Origin: an uncultured Alphaproteobacteria bacterium
Lineage (GTDB): Bacteria; Pseudomonadota; Alphaproteobacteria; RF32; CAG-239
Length of the DNA: 64,000 bases
Assembly (NCBI GenBank): GCA_944390895.1
Contig: CALXRQ010000003.1
Coordinates: 5,550 to 69,549 of the forward strand
Reading direction: 5' to 3'
Part shown: one piece after another, positions 58,135 through 64,000 of the stretch
Layout: each line of letters opens with the position of its first letter
How positions within the stretch are numbered: position 1 is the first letter of the stretch
Position numbers and translations under genes: made by a program
Notes under the pieces: generated by a model
Databases searched by the model: none
What the model was told of the DNA's origin: nothing
What the model saw: the letters and a program-made list of their open reading frames with translations, nothing else

Positions 58135-58262
58135 CCTTTATTAAAATTTCTTAATTAAACAGATTATAATTTTGATTTTCTAATAAAGTGTTTAAAATCA
58201 TTGTATTTGATTAAAATCTGGGTAATTATAGGCTTAAACAAATTTATTGTGAAGGAGTATGA

Positions 58263-58904
58263 ATGGTGAAAAAATTACTTTCAATTTTAGTTGCCCTTTC
58301 TTTTCTGAGCGCTTGCGCCACGGATCCCTATACCGGCGAGAGCAAAGTGTCCAAAACAGCCTGGGGTGCCGGTATCGGCACGGCGGCAGGCGCCGGCATC
58401 GGCGCCTTGATCGGCGGTGAAAAAGGCGCGATAATCGGAGCCGGCATCGGCGCCGCTTCCGGAGCGGGCGTCGGCGGCTATATGGATTTGCAGGCGCGCA
58501 AACTCCGTCAGGAGCTTGAAGGCACCGGCGTCCGTGTGGTCAAAAACGGTGAGACCGTTGTTCTGGTTATGCCCGGAAACATTACTTTCGACACCAATAA
58601 GTCCAATATCAAGGCCAATTTCAAACCGGTTTTGGATTCGGTTGCCAAAGTCATCAACGAGTTCAGCCAGACCAAAGTCCAGGTCACCGGATATACGGAC
58701 AATACCGGCACGGCGGCAATTAATAACAAGCTTTCGGCCGAACGGGCCAATTCCGTCGCGACTTATCTGAAGCTTCGCGGCGTTGCCTCGGGTCGTGTCA
58801 TGGCTGCCGGTCTGGGTTCTTCCAATCCGATTGCAACCAATGCGACGGCCGCCGGACGCGAGCAGAACCGTCGCGTTGAAATCAGTCTGATTAATATGCA
58901 GTAA
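58263..58904 (+). CDS. OmpA-family lipoprotein with Gly-rich (glycine-zipper) N-terminal region
   Basis: Lipobox LSAC. GxGxGxG repeats. C-terminal OmpA domain (...LSAERANSVATYL...NRRVEI). Confidence 0.75.
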   Translation: MVKKLLSILVALSFLSACATDPYTGESKVSKTAWGAGIGTAAGAGIGALIGGEKGAIIGAGIGAASGAGVGGYMDLQARKLRQELEGTGVRVVKNGETVVLVMPGNITFDTNKSNIKANFKPVLDSVAKVINEFSQTKVQVTGYTDNTGTAAINNKLSAERANSVATYLKLRGVASGRVMAAGLGSSNPIATNATAAGREQNRRVEISLINMQ

Positions 58905-58919
58905 TTGTTGTAATCATAA

Positions 58920-58950
58920 AAAAACGCCCGGTTTTGCCGGGTGTTTTTTT
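58920..58950 (+). terminator. Rho-independent terminator
   Basis: aaaaaaCGCCCGGttttGCCGGGTGttttttt. Confidence 0.6.
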
Positions 58951-58978
58951 ATGGCAGCTTTCTGCAACGGCAGTCATT

Positions 58979-59377
58979 TCAACTTTCCAGTTTGTTTTCG
59001 TCAAGCATACTCAGCGTGTCGAACAACAGTTTTTTCAAAATCAGGTTCAGGGTTTGCGCTTTATACTCTTTTGTTTTTTCGGGATTGCCGATAATGTTTT
59101 TCATCTCGGGGTTTTCTTCGTTCAGTTCTGCGTCTGCAACCTGTTTTTCAATGATATCCAGCTGCTCGCCGAGGTAGGCCTTTTGTTCAGCCGAAAAAGA
59201 TTGTCCGATAACTTCAAGCAGGGCGTCTTTCAGACACTTGTTGCCGGCGGCTGTGTCTTGAGTATCGCACTTTTTTATGATATCGGTATATTGCTGCGGA
59301 AGGCCGTCTTCTGCCGCCCAAACCTGAAAAGAAGCAAAAATGCTTAAAAAAGAAAGAGTTAGAAGGATTTTTTTCAT
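58979..59377 (-). CDS. Secreted hypothetical protein
   Basis: Signal peptide MKKILLTLSFLSIFASFQVWA. Two Cys. 132 aa. Confidence 0.45.
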   Translation of the reverse strand: MKKILLTLSFLSIFASFQVWAAEDGLPQQYTDIIKKCDTQDTAAGNKCLKDALLEVIGQSFSAEQKAYLGEQLDIIEKQVADAELNEENPEMKNIIGNPEKTKEYKAQTLNLILKKLLFDTLSMLDENKLES

Positions 59378-59492
59378 TTTAAATGGCTTTCATATTGATG
59401 ATGTCTGTTTCATAGTAGTGTAAATGAGATATAATGCAAGTAAGTTTAGAATTTTATACCTTGTTGAAAAAAAGCGCTAAAATCTGGTCATA

Positions 59493-60815
59493 GTGAATAT
59501 TTTAGATTATATTAAATATGCCTTATATAATATAGTATGTATTTTTGGAACAAAAATGGAGTTTAATATTGATAGTTGCGAAACGATAGAAAAACTGTCT
59601 GTATTAAAAGCCGGAGCGGTTTTTATGAATACCGACGAAGAAAAAGTCCGTTTTGCGGTAAAACTTATTTCTTCGCAGTTGTCGGAAATAGACTTTATCA
59701 TCTGGATTGCGCCGGCGTCGTTTTTTGCCAATGATAATTATAGAGCTATTATGAAAAAATATGGCTGCGGATTGATCCGGAAAATGCGTTTTTTTTCCAT
59801 AGAAGCCGTTTCAATGTCGGACGACAAATATTTGCAGCTGTATAGTCTGTGCGACAAATACCGGACCTTCTGTGTGGTTGACGACAGCCTGACGATTAAA
59901 AATACGGAGGCGGGAAGAACCAAGCGTTTGTTGTCAATCCATAAAAAGTTCAAGTTCCGGCTGATTTTGAGCGCAATTCCGCTGACGCAGGGTCTGATCG
60001 ACCTCTATTCGCAGATAAAGTTTATCGATTCAGGCATCCTTAATATGACGGAAGGACAGTTTTCCAATTGTTTTCTGCCGTTTTATCAGGATGATTACCA
60101 GACTTGGAAGCGCTGGTCGACGCCGGAAAACGAATATCGTCTGATAAAAATGATGAAACCCTACATTTACCGGTGCGACATCAAGGATTGGAACACCAAT
60201 ATCTGCTACCATAACTGCGATTTTGAGCTGACGCCGGCGGAGGCCGAAAGCTATCGTCAGGAAAAAGAAAAGTTTCTTGAAGACAAGGAACAGGTTGCTT
60301 TTATGGAAGTCGCGCAGAGGTTTCAGCACATTTATACCATAGCCGAGAAGAAAGTTGAAGCCTTGTTCCGGCTGCTTGAAGAAATAAGAAAACGACGGGA
60401 AAAGGTGCTGATTTATACCAAATATCTTGATGAAATTGTGTTTTTGAAGGAAACCGGTTTTTTCAGCAAGGGAAAATATGTCGAAATGACCGGAAAATCC
60501 AACAAACGCCAGTCGATCAGGATGTTTGAAAATGATGTGGACATCATGCTGTGCACCTACCGGGTGGATCGGTTGAATTTAAGTTTGCGTCATTGTGATA
60601 ATATTATATACTTCTCTCAGACTTTTGATTATAAAGACAAGCTGCAAAGCCTGTATAATCTTCATCATCATGAAACCGAGCGAAGAATTAATGTGTACAA
60701 TTTTTGGGTAAACACCGGGTTGGAAGGACTGATTCGGGACAATTTGGATCGTAAAAGGAATGTGCTTGCAAATGTTTGCAGCTTAATGTCACGGGAGGCC
60801 GCTCTTAAGTTATGA
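59493..60815 (+). CDS. SNF2-like helicase-related protein with degenerate ATPase motifs
   Basis: Motif Ia-like IIWIAPASFFANDNY. Motif II as VVDDS. Motif III-like RLILSAIPLTQGLIDLYSQIKFI. C-lobe DVDIMLCTYRVDRLNLSL and ...RINVYNFW. No GxGK[ST] P-loop in the N-lobe and no RxGQ in motif VI. Lower GC than its surroundings. The likely start is MEFNID at 59556. Confidence 0.5.
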   Translation: MNILDYIKYALYNIVCIFGTKMEFNIDSCETIEKLSVLKAGAVFMNTDEEKVRFAVKLISSQLSEIDFIIWIAPASFFANDNYRAIMKKYGCGLIRKMRFFSIEAVSMSDDKYLQLYSLCDKYRTFCVVDDSLTIKNTEAGRTKRLLSIHKKFKFRLILSAIPLTQGLIDLYSQIKFIDSGILNMTEGQFSNCFLPFYQDDYQTWKRWSTPENEYRLIKMMKPYIYRCDIKDWNTNICYHNCDFELTPAEAESYRQEKEKFLEDKEQVAFMEVAQRFQHIYTIAEKKVEALFRLLEEIRKRREKVLIYTKYLDEIVFLKETGFFSKGKYVEMTGKSNKRQSIRMFENDVDIMLCTYRVDRLNLSLRHCDNIIYFSQTFDYKDKLQSLYNLHHHETERRINVYNFWVNTGLEGLIRDNLDRKRNVLANVCSLMSREAALKL

Positions 60816-62113
60816 AGAAATATCTTGATATAAATGTTTACGAAGCAGTTCAGGATCGTCTGAAGTTTATCTTTGAGAACTTTGACAATATTTACGTGTC
60901 TTTTTCCGGAGGCAAGGACAGCGGTCTGCTCCTGAATCTGGTTCTTGATTATAAGCGCAGACATCACATTGAGCGCAAAATAGGCGTTTTTCATCAGGAT
61001 TTTGAAGCTCAGTATGACTTAACGACCCAATTCGTAACCCGTATGTTCCAAAACAACATTGACGATATTGAACCGTACTGGGTCTGCTTGCCGATGGCTT
61101 CGCGCTGTGCCGTCAGCAATTATCAGATGTACTGGTATCCGTGGGAGGAAGCCAAAAAAGACAGCTGGGTTCGTCCGATGCCCGATTTCCCGTATATCAT
61201 CAACAAGGACAACAATCCTTTCGAATTTTATAAAGACAAAATGCTGCAGGAAGACTTGTACGCCGAGTTTGGCGGATGGTATGCCAAACACCATGAAGGC
61301 AAAAGCATCTGTCTGCTGGGAATCCGGGCCGACGAGTCATTGAATCGTTATCGCGCCTATGCCAACGTGCATAAGGATATCTTAAAAAAACGCCAGTGGA
61401 CCACCAAAATGGGGCCGACTTATTACAACGCCTATCCTTTGTATGACTGGACCACCAAAGATGTCTGGATTGCCAACGGCAAGTTTGATTTTGACTATAA
61501 CGAGATTTATGACCTGTATTATAAAGCCGGCCTTTCCATCTCTCAGATGCGCGTCGCCAGTCCTTATCATGAGAGCGCCAAAGACAGCCTGAACCTGTAT
61601 CGCATTCTTGAACCGGTTACCTGGGCCAAGGTTGTCGGCCGTGTCCACGGCGCAAATTTCGGCGCCATTTACGGCAATACCCGGGCGCTGGGCGTCGGCA
61701 AAATCGTTTTGCCGGAAGGGCATACCTGGCGTTCTTATGTCAAGTTTCTGCTGGCAACGCTGCCTGATGACATCCGTCGCAATTATATTAAAAAGTTCAC
61801 CACGTCCATCAAATTTTGGTGGCATACCGGCGGCGTGGTGAAAGACGATGCCATTCGTGAACTGGAAGCCTGCAATTACAAAATCCGCACCAACGGTAAA
61901 AGCAATTATAAGTCGGATAAGGAGCGCGTCTGCTTTTTAGGCACGCCCGACGATACGGACGACATCAAGTCGACCATAGACATTCCGTCTTGGAAGCGCA
62001 TGGCAATCTGTATTTTGAAAAACGACCATTTGTGCAAATATATGGGTTTTTCGGAAACCAGAAAACAAAAAGAGCGTCAGGCGCTGTTAATTGAAAAATA
62101 TAAGAAGTTATGA
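60812..62113 (+). CDS. PAPS-reductase-like PP-loop ATP pyrophosphatase with long C-terminal extension (IbrA/DndC/SspD-like)
   Basis: PP-loop YVSFSGGKDSGLLLNL at residues 28-43. 433 aa. ATGA-overlapped with the upstream gene. Confidence 0.7.
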   Translation: MKKYLDINVYEAVQDRLKFIFENFDNIYVSFSGGKDSGLLLNLVLDYKRRHHIERKIGVFHQDFEAQYDLTTQFVTRMFQNNIDDIEPYWVCLPMASRCAVSNYQMYWYPWEEAKKDSWVRPMPDFPYIINKDNNPFEFYKDKMLQEDLYAEFGGWYAKHHEGKSICLLGIRADESLNRYRAYANVHKDILKKRQWTTKMGPTYYNAYPLYDWTTKDVWIANGKFDFDYNEIYDLYYKAGLSISQMRVASPYHESAKDSLNLYRILEPVTWAKVVGRVHGANFGAIYGNTRALGVGKIVLPEGHTWRSYVKFLLATLPDDIRRNYIKKFTTSIKFWWHTGGVVKDDAIRELEACNYKIRTNGKSNYKSDKERVCFLGTPDDTDDIKSTIDIPSWKRMAICILKNDHLCKYMGFSETRKQKERQALLIEKYKKL

Positions 62114-62123
62114 GGTGAAGAAG

Positions 62124-62642
62124 ATGAAACCTTTTGTAAGCCCTGTTTACAATGTCCGGGCCGTTCCGGTCGAAAAAGTCCATGCCAACGATTATAACCC
62201 TAACCGCGTGGCGCCGCCGGAGCTGAAACTGCTGGAACTCTCCATTTGGGAAGATGGCTTTACACAGCCGATTGTCTGCTATCATGATCATGAAAAGGAC
62301 GAATATATCGTTGTAGACGGTTTCCACCGTTATACGATTATGCTGACCAGCGACCGGGTACGCAAACGCGAGCAGGGACTGTTGCCGGTAGTGGTCATTG
62401 ACAAGGAGCTGGGCGAACGTATGGCATCCACCATCCGTCACAACCGCGCGCGCGGCAGTCACAATATCGACCTGATGAGCAATATTGTGCGCGAGCTTTT
62501 GGAAATGGGCAAGTCGGACAGCTGGATCTGCCGCAATATCGGAATGTCTGCCGATGAGCTTTTGCGCCTGAAGCAGATTACCGGCCTGGCTTCGCTGTTT
62601 AAGGACGAAGAATTTTCCAAGAGCTGGCAGGTTGCTGATTAA
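62124..62642 (+). CDS. ParB/Srx-like nuclease domain protein (IbrB-like)
   Basis: ...ANDYNPN... and IVVDGFHRY (ParB box DGxHR). About 172 aa from MKPFVSP (GAGGTG SD). Confidence 0.7.
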   Translation: MKPFVSPVYNVRAVPVEKVHANDYNPNRVAPPELKLLELSIWEDGFTQPIVCYHDHEKDEYIVVDGFHRYTIMLTSDRVRKREQGLLPVVVIDKELGERMASTIRHNRARGSHNIDLMSNIVRELLEMGKSDSWICRNIGMSADELLRLKQITGLASLFKDEEFSKSWQVAD

Positions 62643-62653
62643 AATCCGCCGCG

Positions 62654-62770
62654 CGCCCACGTTGGGTCACTCCGGGCTTGCGAAGGGACTCTGCCTTATA
62701 TTGTCATCCTGAACGAAGTGAAGCAACGAAGTGAGTGAGCAACGTAGTTGTCGAACTCCATCTCAGCCAT
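62654..62770. repeat. Copy B of the dispersed short-repeat family seen at 1940-2037
   Basis: 62654-62681 is similar to 1940-1966 in the same orientation. 62700-62770 is the reverse complement of 1981-2037, with 2-3 mismatches and a 15-nt internal duplication (gcttcacttcgtt). Confidence 0.6.
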
Positions 62771-62771
62771 G

Positions 62772-62797
62772 AAAAAAGCTCCCCGAAAGGGGAGCTT
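62772..62797 (-). terminator. Rho-independent terminator for the - strand gene 62826-63461
   Basis: - strand reads AAGCTCCCCtttcGGGGAGCTttttt. Confidence 0.7.
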
Positions 62798-62825
62798 AAA
62801 ACCGAAGAATTGGTTTTATCCGAGA

Positions 62826-63461
62826 TTATTCCGTTACAAACTCGTAAGCATTGTGAAATTCTTCAAACTGAATCATTTTCACGTCGCCTTTTGAGTCTTT
62901 GCGGATGTAAGCGCCTTTTTCGCCGGCCGTTGCACCGCCGAATTCGGTTCCAGCAGGAACTTCAATGACTTGAAGCACTTCTTTTTTCTTCACGCCGGCA
63001 AAAAGAACGCCGACTGTGATTTCGGAAGGAGCACCCTGCAGATTGGAAGCGAAAGCAACGTCGGTATCGTAAAGGTCCGGGGTCAGACCTTCAAGCGTCA
63101 TTTCTTCCTTAATGAAGGAGATAAGAGCGCTGATACCTTCCGCTGTTTCAAATGTATCGGGGTTTTCCTCGATATACTCTTCAACGGCTTCCTTGCGACC
63201 CGGAGCATTGTAGCAGATAAGACAACCGTCTTTTTGCTTCAAAACCTGAGTCTTCTGGTCTTTGTCATTGAAAAATTCAAGGCCGATGACATCTTCCATA
63301 AACGGACCGTTAGCACCCCATTCTTCTCTCTGAGTAGCGATACCGCCGGAGAAACCGTAAGCCGGAATGATAAGTCTTTCGGCGCCGGTAGGGATAGCGG
63401 TCTTGGCAGCGTTGTTGAACATTGCGTTTACAGTCTCGATTGATAATACAGTTGCATTCAT
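62826..63461 (-). CDS. Hypothetical protein
   Basis: 211-aa ORF followed by a terminator. No recognisable motif. Confidence 0.45.
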   Translation of the reverse strand: MNATVLSIETVNAMFNNAAKTAIPTGAERLIIPAYGFSGGIATQREEWGANGPFMEDVIGLEFFNDKDQKTQVLKQKDGCLICYNAPGRKEAVEEYIEENPDTFETAEGISALISFIKEEMTLEGLTPDLYDTDVAFASNLQGAPSEITVGVLFAGVKKKEVLQVIEVPAGTEFGGATAGEKGAYIRKDSKGDVKMIQFEEFHNAYEFVTE

Positions 63462-63787
63462 AAAATAAAAAAGTTTTAAGTTTGTAATTCAGTTTAATAA
63501 AAATACGGTGTATTGTTAAAAAACTGAAATCGAAACAAACTTTAGAAAATCTAAATTTTGAATGAAAACAACTTCTTAATAATAAACCATATTCTTATAA
63601 TAACACTTTCATATTATCATATTTGAATAGCCGTGCATAGACAAAAAATATGACATTTTTGTTAAAATACGGCTTGACTTTTGTAAAAATGGTCGTTTTC
63701 GAATCCAAAAAATGATTTTCCATCTCGGTAATTGACATAACGCTTCATTCAGGTTACTAAAAAAGAATCGAAAAACAGGAATTGAGC

Positions 63788-64000
63788 ATGATAGACATTA
63801 ATGACATAACCGTGCGCGTCGGCTCCAAAGTGCTCTTGGATCATGCTTCGGCGCATATTTCCGATAGTCAGAAGGTGGGGCTGGTCGGAGCCAACGGCTG
63901 CGGCAAGTCAACTCTGTTTCGGGTTTTGTTGGGACAACAGGAAACCGAAACCGGCGATATTTATTTTCCGCGCGGCAGCCGGGTGGCAACCGTTGCTCAG
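63788..64000 (+). CDS. ABC-F family ATPase (EttA/Uup-like), 5' part only; continues beyond the window
   Basis: MIDINDITVRVGSKVLLDHASAHISDSQKVGLVGANGCGKSTLFRVLLG... Walker A and ABC-F N-terminal pattern. No stop before the window end. Confidence 0.8.
   Translation, partial: MIDINDITVRVGSKVLLDHASAHISDSQKVGLVGANGCGKSTLFRVLLGQQETETGDIYFPRGSRVATVAQ

Noticed and set aside
1-64000. CRISPR arrays, rRNA genes, IS elements or transposases
   Set aside because: No regularly spaced direct repeats, no rRNA-like conserved blocks, and no transposase- or integrase-like ORFs were found anywhere in the window.

Overview
This 64-kb window looks like a proteobacterial chromosome segment of roughly 45-50% GC; the gene content suggests an alphaproteobacterium. 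Housekeeping genes present are hflK (3' partial), mrp/apbC, a BepA-like M48/TPR peptidase, rne (RNase E with an acidic insert and Arg-rich tail), amiC, mrcA (PBP1A), prfB (with its +1 frameshift site), an AsmA/YhdP-like giant envelope protein, gltX, cysS, mlaC, murE, glgB-glgX-malQ, and a flagellar flgI-flgJ(rod-binding)-x-flgK-flgL operon with a sigma-54 promoter. There is one tRNA-Leu(CAA).

Two regions stand out. The first is a compact ~12-kb phage-like cassette at about 17.4-29.5 kb with a podovirus (T7-like) structural layout. It carries a CI/LexA-type repressor, terminase large subunit, SleB-type lysin, portal, scaffold, capsid, a strong terminator after the capsid gene, and tail-tubular-A/B-like proteins. 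No integrase, replication, internal-core or tail-fibre genes were found. The terminase gene contains an in-frame T20 homopolymer.

The second is a lower-GC three-gene island at 59.5-62.6 kb: a degenerate SNF2-like helicase protein, an IbrA-like PAPS-reductase/PP-loop protein, and an IbrB-like ParB-nuclease-domain protein. This looks like a DNA-modification or defence module. It is flanked by a dispersed repeat also present at 1.94-2.17 kb.

Smaller observations: a TetR operator palindrome present twice around a tetR/GH13 module that sits next to a truncated EptA-like gene; a frameshifted Cys-rich protein gene; a DUF2934-like small protein with a Cys/Ser/Lys tail; and several rho-independent terminators.
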